Notes under the pieces: generated by a model | The model's input: only the letters and a program-made list of their open reading frames with translations | Told to the model about the DNA's origin: nothing | The model's database searches: none | Shown here: piece by piece, positions 34,215 through 42,076 of the stretch | Layout of the letters: every line of letters begins with the position of its first letter | Numbering within the stretch: the first letter of the stretch is position 1 | Program-made: the position numbers and the translations under genes | Assembly (NCBI GenBank): GCA_963720965.1 | Contig: CAVRHD010000002.1 | Coordinates: forward strand, 91,908-155,907 | Reading direction: 5' to 3' | Source: an uncultured Chloroflexia bacterium | GTDB taxonomy: Bacteria; Chloroflexota; Limnocylindria; Limnocylindrales; CSP1-4 | DNA length: 64,000 nt

Positions 34215-34484
34215 TCAGGACGCAGACGGTGCGACCGACGGCGCGGCTGACGGAGCCGTCGAAGGCGCGGCACTTGGCGCACCGCTCGGCGCGGCCGACG
34301 GCGCGGTCGATGGGGCGGTGGTTGGTGCCGACGAGGATGCCGGCAGGCTCGGCGCGACGGACGGCGCCAGGGACGGAGCCGCGGATGGGGCTACGGACGG
34401 TGCAGCCGTGGGCGTCGAGGTGCAGGCGGCGAGTGCGCTGAAGAGGGACAACGAAAGGGTAAGGGCGATGATGGCTCGCTTCAT
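34215..34484 (-). CDS. Small lipoprotein made almost entirely of A-P-S/T repeats
   Basis: 89 aa with SD GGAGG 6 nt before the ATG and a signal peptide with lipobox (LFSALAAC). The rest is an APS[AVTL]-type low-complexity repeat. Confidence 0.6.
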   Translation of the reverse strand: MKRAIIALTLSLSLFSALAACTSTPTAAPSVAPSAAPSLAPSVAPSLPASSSAPTTAPSTAPSAAPSGAPSAAPSTAPSAAPSVAPSAS

Positions 34485-34650
34485 CTCGGACCTCCAGGTT
34501 TGCGCGTGGCCGGTTGCCTTGGCCTTCGGTCAATCGATATCGATCGTTGCGCGCCGGGCTGACTTCGTCCTGAACGTCCCCGGAAGCGCGCCCGGGGGCT
34601 CAGGTGACGGGACGCCCGTGGCCGGGGCGATCGAGGCCCGGAGCCCAAGC

Positions 34651-35265
34651 TCAGCCTCGCTCCAGCAGCTCCAACACGACCGGTCGAATCCGCTCGACCC
34701 ATCTGATGTACTGCTGCGCCGACGGGTGCAGCCCGTCGCGGGCGACCAACGACGAATCCGACGCCGCCTCCTGCGAGAGGTCGAAGATGTCGACAACGGC
34801 CACGTTGCGCGCGATCGCCCGCTCGACCAAGGCCGCGTTGAAGGCCACGAGACGGGCCTGCTGGACCTCGGGATCGCCAAATCGCGCACCGGCCGGCGTC
34901 ACCGTGTAATCCGGGGTCGTGACGACGATCACCCGATTGGCCGGAAGGCGCGCCAGGAGGTCGTCGAGAATCGCGTCCACGTTGGCCAGAAACTGATCGA
35001 GGCTGGCGCCCTGGACGACATCGTTGACTCCGACCAGGAGCGACACGAACTGTGGGCGGAGCCGGGCGAGGCGCGGCAGCTGATCGTCGAGGATGTCCCG
35101 CGAGGTTCGGCCGTTCGTCGCGAGATTGGCCACCAGCTCGAGGGTCGGCTGGCCATCGGTTCCGGGCTGGAGCGTTGTGACCAGGCGGCTCGGCCAGGCG
35201 GCGTCTGCGCCTGCGGAAGTGCCAATCGTGTACGAGTCGCCGAGCGCAACATAGCGGAGGGTCAT
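34651..35265 (-). CDS. SGNH/GDSL-family hydrolase
   Basis: Block I motif YVALGDSYTIG is followed by VGVNDV and a C-terminal DGLHPS (catalytic Asp/His block). The ORF track extends to ATG 35337, but I prefer ATG 35265 (MTLRYVALGDS). Confidence 0.8.
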   Translation of the reverse strand: MTLRYVALGDSYTIGTSAGADAAWPSRLVTTLQPGTDGQPTLELVANLATNGRTSRDILDDQLPRLARLRPQFVSLLVGVNDVVQGASLDQFLANVDAILDDLLARLPANRVIVVTTPDYTVTPAGARFGDPEVQQARLVAFNAALVERAIARNVAVVDIFDLSQEAASDSSLVARDGLHPSAQQYIRWVERIRPVVLELLERG

Positions 35266-35326
35266 CTGATCGACCACAGTACGCGCCGAGCCGCTCGGCG
35301 GATGAGTTCGGAGCACGCCCAGGCCA

Positions 35327-35935
35327 ATGGACTTCAACGATGTCGTCCGAACCCGGCGGATGGTCCGTCATTTCGCGACCGAACCGGTCGATCGCGACGT
35401 ACTGGAGCGAATCGCGGCCAGCGCCCAGCGAGCCCCGAGTGCCGGCTTCAGCCAGGGCCAGCGTCTGGTCGTGATCACCGAGACCGGCCTCCGACACCAG
35501 CTCGCCCTCCTGTGCGGGGAGCTGGAGTACACCGAGGCCGGCTTCGACCCCTGGATCAGCGAGGCACCGGCGCTGTTCATCCCATGCGTCAGCGAGGCGA
35601 TCTATCACGCTCGCTACAGGGAAGCCGACAAGGCCGGCGAAGATGGCAGCGAGATCGATTGGCCGGTGCCGTACTGGTGGATGGACGTCGGCTGCACGGT
35701 CATGCTGGTCCTGCTGGCCAGCGTCAACGAGGGCCTCGCGGCCGGCTTCGCCGGCGCCGATGCCGGCGGCTATGCCGAGATGCGCTCGATCCTGGGCATC
35801 CCGGCCGAATTCTCGCCCGTCGGCGTCATCCCGGTCGGCCGGGCCCTGCCCGACAAGCGCTCGGGCTCACTCGCCCGGGGCTGGGTATCGAACCCGGAAT
35901 TTGCCCGCTGGAACCACTGGTCGTCCCGCTCGTAG
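35327..35935 (+). CDS. Nitroreductase family protein
   Basis: 202 aa with the typical N-terminus VVRTRRMVRHFATEPVDRDVLERIAASAQRAPSAGFSQ. Confidence 0.85.
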   Translation: MDFNDVVRTRRMVRHFATEPVDRDVLERIAASAQRAPSAGFSQGQRLVVITETGLRHQLALLCGELEYTEAGFDPWISEAPALFIPCVSEAIYHARYREADKAGEDGSEIDWPVPYWWMDVGCTVMLVLLASVNEGLAAGFAGADAGGYAEMRSILGIPAEFSPVGVIPVGRALPDKRSGSLARGWVSNPEFARWNHWSSRS

Positions 35936-35960
35936 ACAGGCCCGCCCGGGTCCTGGCCGG

Positions 35961-36455
35961 TCAGCGTTTGATCTCGATCAGGAGCACCCAGGCACTCACG
36001 AGGCCGGCCATGATTCCCAGCACGCTGGCGGGCACGAGCCAGTACAGCCCGCCGATCGAGCTCGTGGCGAGCCCGACGCCGGCTACCGCCACGAGGGCGC
36101 CGGGAACGCCGCTGACCAGGGCCATCTGGACCCGTTTCAGCCGAAACCTGGGTTCGGCCGTTCGGAAGGTCCGGACGAAGAGGATCGCGATGATCAGGCT
36201 GTGGCCGAGGCCGATCAGGATCAGCTCCGCGGCCAGCCAGGCATTCGTCTGGCCCGGGGTCAGCAGGACGATCGCCGAGATCAGGACGGTCGTGAGCACG
36301 ACGATCCCTTCAAGGGCGAGGTCCGGGATGCCGTCCATCCCGATGATCCCCTCGACATTGATCGAGAGGGCAACGAAGATCAGGCCCACGAGGGCGCCCG
36401 CCGCAGCCACGATGGCGCCGCCGAATTCGGTCCAGCCGGAAGGGTCGGTCGCCAC
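35961..36455 (-). CDS. Integral membrane protein, unknown function (about 4 TM)
   Basis: This is the hydrophobic C-terminal 164 aa of ORF 35961..36671. The ORF's upstream part overlaps the tRNA gene, so the start is placed at GTG 36455. Confidence 0.5.
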   Translation of the reverse strand: MATDPSGWTEFGGAIVAAAGALVGLIFVALSINVEGIIGMDGIPDLALEGIVVLTTVLISAIVLLTPGQTNAWLAAELILIGLGHSLIIAILFVRTFRTAEPRFRLKRVQMALVSGVPGALVAVAGVGLATSSIGGLYWLVPASVLGIMAGLVSAWVLLIEIKR

Positions 36456-36479
36456 CCGATCATGGTACGGCCCGATCCA

Positions 36480-36565
36480 TGGTCCCGGAGGAGGGAGTCG
36501 AACCCTCATGCCCTTGCGGGCGGCCGATTTTGAGTCGGCTGCGTATGCCATTCCGCCACTCCGGG
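36480..36565 (-). tRNA. tRNA-Leu (anticodon CAA), class II with long variable arm, CCA encoded
   Basis: The 86-nt sequence folds by hand. The acceptor stem is CCCGGAG/CTCCGGG. The anticodon stem GCCGA/TCGGC carries the loop CTCAAAA. The variable arm is CCCGCAAGGG. The T arm is GAGGG-TTCGACT-CCCTC, followed by ACCA. Confidence 0.92.
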
Positions 36566-36574
36566 CCGGATGCC

Positions 36575-36580
36575 AGTGTA
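36575..36580 (-). promoter_or_regulatory. -10 hexamer TACACT upstream of tRNA-Leu
   Basis: Read on the minus strand, TACACT lies 9 nt upstream of the mature tRNA 5' end. Confidence 0.4.
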
Positions 36581-36590
36581 GGGGAGTGCC

Positions 36591-36605
36591 GGCCTGATTC
36601 AGGCC
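36591..36605. promoter_or_regulatory. 15-bp palindrome GGCCTGATTCAGGCC over the -35 region of the tRNA-Leu promoter
   Basis: The 7+1+7 inverted repeat is perfect. It is related to the tandem CCCGATTCAGG units at 19339-19360. Confidence 0.35.
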
Positions 36606-36817
36606 CGGGCTTGGCCGCATCGTGCCCGGCGCGTGGCTGGTCAGTGCCACGACGTGTGGCCCCGGGCTCACCCTCCGGACCCACCGTTACCCTGTGGCGG
36701 CCAAGTGTCATCGCCTCCGGACCACAGGGCCGGTTACCTCTCCTGGGGGTAAGAGCGCGGAAATCGACACCGTCAAGGACCCGGCCGCGGTCGGAAGAGC
36801 CCGATTCCATCGCGGGC

Positions 36818-36896
36818 GGAGATCAAATCGCGAAAATCGTCGTCGCCCCGCCGGTTCTCGGTCGAGCAGTAGGCCGATTTGATCTCCTGGGGAGAT
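36818..36896. other. Nested inverted repeats that give mutually exclusive stem options, in a non-coding region
   Basis: GGAGATCAAATCG (36818-36830) is the exact reverse complement of CGATTTGATCTCC (36875-36887). The ATCTCC within that second arm can instead pair with GGAGAT (36891-36896) across a TGG loop. Confidence 0.5.
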
Positions 36897-36935
36897 AGCG
36901 GCACCCGAGCCTGTCCCGGGCCGGTTCGAATCCCC

Positions 36936-36963
36936 GGGAACCAGCCCGCGCGGGCCGGCGTCT
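36936..36963 (+). promoter_or_regulatory. ECF-type promoter (GGGAAC-N17-CGTCT) in front of the ECF sigma gene
   Basis: The AAC of the -35 (36939-36941) and the CGT of the -10 (36959-36961) are separated by 17 nt, matching the general ECF pattern AAC-N16/17-CGT. ATG 36970 lies 6 nt after CGTCT. Confidence 0.5.
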
Positions 36964-36969
36964 GGCGAA

Positions 36970-37668
36970 ATGACGATGCTAGACTCGGCCAGCCTGACCA
37001 CCGTGCTCCGGAGGAGCCCTTCGATCGTGGGGGACCTTCGAACGACCGAGACTTCCGACAGCACGCCCCAAGCCGACGACCAGGCCCAGGTCGACGGTCC
37101 GCAGAGGCGCGACCTCATCCTGGTCGAGCGCGCCAGAGGGGGCGACCTGGCGGCGTTCAACGACCTCGTCAGCTGCTACCAGGACCAGCTGTTCGGCCTC
37201 GTCGCCCGGATGGTGCCCGATCCCGACCAGGCCGCCGACGTGGTCCAGGAAGCGTTCTTCTCGGCCTACCGCAACCTGGCCAGCTTTCGCGGTGGCAGCG
37301 TCAAGAGCTGGCTGAGCCGGATTGCGGTCAACGCCGCCATGGACCTCCAGCGAGCCCGGAAGCGCCGGCCGGTCCAGCCTTACCCGGAGCTGGCGGATGA
37401 CTCTTGGCAGCCGCCGGCCGGCGAGGAAGCCGATCCCGAGTTGCAGGTCGTGCAGGCCGAACGAGCCAGGGTCCTGAGCGTGGCCCTGGCCGGCATCGGC
37501 CACGACCAGCGCGCCGCGATCGTCCTGTACGACATCGAAGGTTTTGACTACACCGAGATTGCGGACATGACCGGTGTCAGCCTGGGCACGGTCAAGTCGC
37601 GGATCCACCGCGGGCGCCTGGCCCTGCGCCGCAGCCTCGAGGATCACATGGAACTGTTCCGTGGTTGA
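36970..37668 (+). CDS. RNA polymerase ECF (sigma-70 family group 4) sigma factor
   Basis: 232 aa. Region 2 is DVVQEAFFSAYRNLASFRG...WLSRIAVNAAMD. Region 4 is IVLYDIEGFDYTEIADMTGVSLGTVKSRIHRGR. Confidence 0.9.
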   Translation: MTMLDSASLTTVLRRSPSIVGDLRTTETSDSTPQADDQAQVDGPQRRDLILVERARGGDLAAFNDLVSCYQDQLFGLVARMVPDPDQAADVVQEAFFSAYRNLASFRGGSVKSWLSRIAVNAAMDLQRARKRRPVQPYPELADDSWQPPAGEEADPELQVVQAERARVLSVALAGIGHDQRAAIVLYDIEGFDYTEIADMTGVSLGTVKSRIHRGRLALRRSLEDHMELFRG

Positions 37669-37677
37669 GGGCGTCGA

Positions 37678-38445
37678 ATGACCATGCCTGCCTCCGCCGA
37701 CCATCGCCAGAACCGGAGTGGCCCTGCCCATACCCGTCCCGATCACGACGAGACCCTGATTGCGGGACTGGCTGCCGGGGACCTGACGGATGGCGAGGCC
37801 GCTGCCGCCGGCACGCTCGTGACGACCTGTCCGGCGTGCGCCGAGCTGCACTCCGACCTGCTCTCGATCATGGCGGCCACGACGAGCCTGACGGCGCCAC
37901 GGCGAACCCGAGACTTCCGGCTGACCGAAGCGGACGCGGCCCGCCTGCGGCCGCGCCGCTGGCGTCGACTCGTCGGGCCGTTCGGCGGACCACGGCTGGC
38001 GTCCAGCGGGCCGCTGGCCGGGGGCCTGGTCGCGCTCGGGATCGCCGGCTTGTTGCTGGCTGCCATGCCCGGTTTCCTGACCACCTCGAATCCCACTGCC
38101 ACCTCGGCCCCGCTGGGACCCGCCGTGGTCGTCCCCGGCGCGAGCGAGGTTGGGAGCGGCGCCTTCGGCGGCGCGGCGGATGCCGCCGCCCCGACGGCCG
38201 AGCCGGCGGCCTCTGGCGCGGGCCCCGCCGCCGTTCCATCCGGGAATCGATCTGTCGCCGGCTTTGTGGCGAGCGCGGCGCCCCAGACCAGTGAGCTTGC
38301 GCCGGTGGAGAGCACCGCCGGCGTACCGGTTTCCACTGCGGCGCCAGCGAGCCCGGCCACGCCGTTGCTGGCCGGATCGGTCGTGCTCCTCGCCGCCGGT
38401 CTGGGCCTGTTCGCGTTGCGCTGGATGGCGCGCCGCCCAGGCTGA
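37678..38445 (+). CDS. Putative anti-sigma factor (membrane protein with N-terminal CxxC)
   Basis: 255 aa, starting 10 nt after the sigma gene. It has CPACAELHSDL, two hydrophobic segments and an Ala/Pro-rich extracytoplasmic region. The call rests mainly on position. Confidence 0.6.
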   Translation: MTMPASADHRQNRSGPAHTRPDHDETLIAGLAAGDLTDGEAAAAGTLVTTCPACAELHSDLLSIMAATTSLTAPRRTRDFRLTEADAARLRPRRWRRLVGPFGGPRLASSGPLAGGLVALGIAGLLLAAMPGFLTTSNPTATSAPLGPAVVVPGASEVGSGAFGGAADAAAPTAEPAASGAGPAAVPSGNRSVAGFVASAAPQTSELAPVESTAGVPVSTAAPASPATPLLAGSVVLLAAGLGLFALRWMARRPG

Positions 38446-38580
38446 GTCGGGCAACCGCGGGGCAAACGACACTCGACGGGGTGGCCCCCGTACTAGACTG
38501 CGGGCTCGGCCGATCGTGCCCCTGCCCGGCCAGCAGGGACGGAGCCAGTAGGGTTCCGTGAAGCATCGGAGAGGGTACTG

Positions 38581-41325
38581 ATGTCCGTCACTGCAACCAC
38601 CCCGGGCTCGGGCACGATTGCCTGGCACGCCATCAGCCCAGACGATGCACTCCGCGAACAGGGCGTCGATCCGGAGCAGGGCCTGACGGCGGCCGAGGCC
38701 GATGCCCGTCGCGCGAAATACGGACCCAACAAGTTTGCCGAGGCCGCCCACGAGCCGCGCTTGGCCGCCTTCGTCCGGCAATACGCAGATCCGATGCAGA
38801 TCGTCCTGCTGGTCGCCGGTGGCATCAGCCTGTTTCTGCCCGGCCAGTTCGCGACCGGCATCGTCCTGATCGCCCTCACCCTGCTCAACGCCGGGATGGG
38901 CTTGAACCAGGAGGGCAAGGCCGAGGCCAGCGTATCGGCCCTTCAGAAGATGATGGTGGTCAAGTCGCGGGTGCTCCGCGGTGGCGAGCTGGTGGACCTG
39001 CCGATGGACCAGATCGTGCCCGGCGACATCGTCCATGTCGAAGCCGGCGACCTGGTTCCCGCCGATGGCCGGATCATCCGGGCGGCGACGCTCGAGATCG
39101 ATGAATCGGCTCTCACCGGCGAGAGCGCCCCGGTGCCCAAGCAGGTCGATGCCGTGGCCGCCGAGGCCCAGCTCGGCGACCGACTCGACCTGGCCTTCAT
39201 GAACACCCAGGTCACCCGGGGAGCTGGCTCGCTCGTGGTCGTGGCGACCGCGATGGCCACCGAAGTTGGTCATATCTCGGGGATGCTCAATGCCACCACG
39301 CTCGAGGTCACGCCCCTGACCAAGCAGCTGGCCAAGCTCACCAACCAAATCCTGGCCATCGCCGGCGTCGCGATCGCGGCGTCGATCCTGATCGGGCTGG
39401 CCCGCGGTGCCACATTCCAGGTGCTCTTCCTGACCGCCGTCGCATTTGGCGTATCGGCCATCCCGACCGGGCTGCCGGCGGTGGTGACCGCGGTCCTAGC
39501 GAACGGCACATCGGCCCTCGCCAGCGCCGGCGCGATCATGAAGCGCCTGCGCTCCGTGGAGACGCTCGGCTCGACCTCGGCGATCAACTCCGACAAGACG
39601 GGCACGCTGACCCTCAACCAGATGACCGCGGTCCAGATGACCCTCGTCGGGCGCCGTTACACCATCTCCGGGGAGGGCTATTCAACCGTCGGCCAGATCA
39701 CCCACGCCGCCGGCGACACCGACCTGCCGCTCGAGCCGTACCTCCTGCCGATGGCCCTGTGCGCCGACGCGGTGGTCAAGGATGGCGACCTCATCGGCGA
39801 TCCGACCGAGGGTGCCCTGGTGGTCCTGGCCGCCAAGGGCGGCGTCGACGCCGTGCTGACCCGGGAACGCTACCCTCGGGTGGCGGAGCTGCCCTTCGAC
39901 GCGGCCTACAAGTTCATGGCCACGTTCCATCGAATGCGCGACGCGGCGGGCAAGGACGTCATCCGGGCCTACGTCAAGGGAGCCCCCGACCAGCTCCTCG
40001 AGCGGGCGGCCGGAGCACACGGGCCGGACGGGACCGAGCTGCCACTCGACCGGCTGCGACCGGCCTACGAGGCGGAGAACGTGCGCCTCGGAACGCAGGG
40101 GCTGCGCGTCATGGCCACCGGCCAGCGCGATTTCGACCCGGCCACGTTCGACCCGGGCGCGGACCTGCTGCCCCTTGTCGACAAGCTGACCCTGCTGGCC
40201 CTCGTCGGGATCGTCGATCCGCCCCGGCCGGCTGCGAAGGCCGCCATCGCCGAGGCGCACTCGGCCGGGATCCGCGTGCGGATGATCACCGGCGACCATG
40301 CCATCACTGCCACGGCGATCGCCGGCGGCCTCGGAATCGAGGGTCGCGCGATCACCGGCGCGGAGTTCGCTGCGATGGACGACGACCAGGCGCTCCGGGA
40401 GATCGGCGACATCGGGGTGATCGCCCGGGTCACCCCGGAGCACAAGGTTCGACTGGTCGATGTCCTCAAGAAGCGGGGCGACATCGTGGCCATGACCGGT
40501 GACGGGGTCAACGACGCCCCGGCCCTCAAGAAGGCCGACATCGGCATCGCGATGGGGATCACCGGCACCGAGGTGTCCAAGGAGGCCGCGGTGATGATCC
40601 TGACCGACGACAACTTCGCCACGATCGTCAAGGCGGTCCACCTCGGTCGCGCGCTGTACGACAACCTCGTCCGCTACGTGCGCTTCCAGATGGGCGTCCT
40701 GTTCGGCTTCATCGTGACCTTCCTGGGGGCGAGCATCTTCAACATCCTGTCCGGGATCCCGTTCCTGCCGTTGCAGACCCTGTGGGTCAACTTCACGGTC
40801 GACGTGTTCCAGGCGATCGGCCTGGGCTGGGGCAAGCCGCGCGAGGGACTCATGGAGGAGCAGCCGCGGCCGAAGGACCAGCCGATCCTGCCGTCGCGCC
40901 TGATGGCCTGGCTGGTGGTCAGCGGCTTCGTCATGGGAATCGGCACACTCGGCGTCATCACCTGGGCCAACGCCCAGTACGGCGAAGCCGTCGCGCACAC
41001 GATGGGCCTGGCTACCTTCTCGGTCTTCAACCTGCTCTTCTCGCTCGAGACCGCGGACGAGGAACGCACGATGTTCAGCAGCCAGCTGCTCGAGAACCCA
41101 ATGCTGCTCAAGACGACGATCCTGTCGACGCTGACGATCATCCTGGCGACCGAGCTGGGCATCCTCCAGCGGGTGCTGGGGACCATTGGGCTGACCGTCG
41201 ATCAATGGGCGGTGTGCATCGCCGTGGCCGCCTCGATCGTCGTGGTCGCGGAGGTCAAGAAGCTGCTCCACATCCAGACCACGGCCAAGCCGACCCTGGT
41301 GAGCGCGACCGCACCCGCGAGCTGA
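38581..41325 (+). CDS. Cation-transporting P-type ATPase (type II, Ca2+/Mg2+-like)
   Basis: 914 aa with an N-terminal cation-ATPase domain, TGES, phosphorylation site DKTGTLT, and MTGDGVNDAPALKKADIGIAMG. SD GGAGAGG lies 7 nt before the ATG. Confidence 0.92.
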   Translation: MSVTATTPGSGTIAWHAISPDDALREQGVDPEQGLTAAEADARRAKYGPNKFAEAAHEPRLAAFVRQYADPMQIVLLVAGGISLFLPGQFATGIVLIALTLLNAGMGLNQEGKAEASVSALQKMMVVKSRVLRGGELVDLPMDQIVPGDIVHVEAGDLVPADGRIIRAATLEIDESALTGESAPVPKQVDAVAAEAQLGDRLDLAFMNTQVTRGAGSLVVVATAMATEVGHISGMLNATTLEVTPLTKQLAKLTNQILAIAGVAIAASILIGLARGATFQVLFLTAVAFGVSAIPTGLPAVVTAVLANGTSALASAGAIMKRLRSVETLGSTSAINSDKTGTLTLNQMTAVQMTLVGRRYTISGEGYSTVGQITHAAGDTDLPLEPYLLPMALCADAVVKDGDLIGDPTEGALVVLAAKGGVDAVLTRERYPRVAELPFDAAYKFMATFHRMRDAAGKDVIRAYVKGAPDQLLERAAGAHGPDGTELPLDRLRPAYEAENVRLGTQGLRVMATGQRDFDPATFDPGADLLPLVDKLTLLALVGIVDPPRPAAKAAIAEAHSAGIRVRMITGDHAITATAIAGGLGIEGRAITGAEFAAMDDDQALREIGDIGVIARVTPEHKVRLVDVLKKRGDIVAMTGDGVNDAPALKKADIGIAMGITGTEVSKEAAVMILTDDNFATIVKAVHLGRALYDNLVRYVRFQMGVLFGFIVTFLGASIFNILSGIPFLPLQTLWVNFTVDVFQAIGLGWGKPREGLMEEQPRPKDQPILPSRLMAWLVVSGFVMGIGTLGVITWANAQYGEAVAHTMGLATFSVFNLLFSLETADEERTMFSSQLLENPMLLKTTILSTLTIILATELGILQRVLGTIGLTVDQWAVCIAVAASIVVVAEVKKLLHIQTTAKPTLVSATAPAS

Positions 41326-41371
41326 TCGGCGACGGCACCGCTCGGCAGGACCTTGCCTTGGTGGTGAGGCC

Positions 41372-42067
41372 CTACTGGTCCTTGACCTGGCGGAATGATC
41401 GCCCGATGTTGGCGACCAGGACGGCCACGATGGACACCAGATAGAGCTGGCCGAAGAGTGCCTCCGAGATCGCGATCATCTGGCCCAGGGGCATCGCTGC
41501 CGAGTAGTCGCCGTAGCCAACCGTGCTCAGGGTCGTGTAGCTGAAGTACAGGTAGGTCTCGGTCGTTGGCACGTCCGTCTGGTGGAAGAACGGTTGGCCG
41601 CTGATCAGGCTGATCAGGCCGAAGACGTAGGCGTAGCACAGGCCGATCAGCAGGTAGACTACGAGTCCGCCGACGACCAGCCTGAAGGTGATGGCATCGC
41701 TCCTGGCGATTCGGCCCATGATCACGAACGGGACGACCGCGGCGATGCCCAGTCCGATGCAGATCTGGGCGCCGACAGCCCAGCCTTCGTCGCCGAGCGC
41801 GAGGGCCAGGGCCGATCCGGCGATCGCCACCAGGACGACAACCTGGGCGACGCGCTGGACGTGCGGGCGCGCCCCCGATGTTCGCAATGCGAAGAGGAGG
41901 GTCGCCCCGGTCAGGATGACCGCGATCAGCCCGCCGGTCTTCTCGCCGGCCGCAGCCAGGCTGCCGACCGTCAGGATCGTCAGGACCAGGGTGATCCCGT
42001 AGCCGTCCTCGCGGCTCCGGACGCTGTGGACCGCGCTGCGCCCGCGGCCGGCAGGGTGCTCGATCAT
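41372..42067 (-). CDS. Potassium channel family protein
   Basis: 231 aa, multi-TM, with the K+ selectivity filter TLSTVGYGD. Confidence 0.85.
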   Translation of the reverse strand: MIEHPAGRGRSAVHSVRSREDGYGITLVLTILTVGSLAAAGEKTGGLIAVILTGATLLFALRTSGARPHVQRVAQVVVLVAIAGSALALALGDEGWAVGAQICIGLGIAAVVPFVIMGRIARSDAITFRLVVGGLVVYLLIGLCYAYVFGLISLISGQPFFHQTDVPTTETYLYFSYTTLSTVGYGDYSAAMPLGQMIAISEALFGQLYLVSIVAVLVANIGRSFRQVKDQ

Positions 42068-42076
42068 CGGCCCGGA

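Noticed and set aside
36660-36730. Possible SRP RNA, RNase P RNA or 6C-type sRNA, suggested by the repeated GGTCCGGAGG motifs and C-rich hairpin loops read on the minus strand.
   Set aside because: The diagnostic sequences are absent. There is no GGAA/GNRA tetraloop with an AGCA-type symmetric loop for SRP, no GAGGAAAGTCCGG for RNase P, and the loops do not have the six-C pattern of 6C RNA.
36879-36896. A conserved micro-ORF: both copies of the 18-nt element could encode (TTG)-I-S-W-G-D (MISWGDSGT... at 36879 and MISWGDMLSCG* at 52174).
   Set aside because: There is no SD or -10 element in the right place, the start would have to be TTG, and the sequence diverges immediately after the shared 18 nt. 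Nucleotide-level conservation explains it better than peptide-level conservation.
36915-36945. A tRNA/tmRNA-like fragment is suggested by an exact T-loop consensus GGTTCGAATCC (36923-36933) followed by ...GGGAACCA.
   Set aside because: The flanks do not form a 5-bp T stem around a 7-nt loop; only 2 bp pair. No acceptor-stem partner exists upstream. There is no tmRNA 5' end (GGGG...TTCGAC) and no plausible tag ORF ending in (A/V)AA. The sequence differs from the 3' end of the adjacent tRNA-Leu, so it is not an att-type duplication of that gene.
38446-38580. Possible Mg2+/M-box-type riboswitch or ECF promoter (GCAACC-N18-CGAC at 38451-38477) upstream of the P-type ATPase.
   Set aside because: The 135-nt spacer is too short and lacks recognisable M-box sequence. 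The ECF-like match has non-optimal spacing and a weak -35, so I cannot support it from sequence alone.
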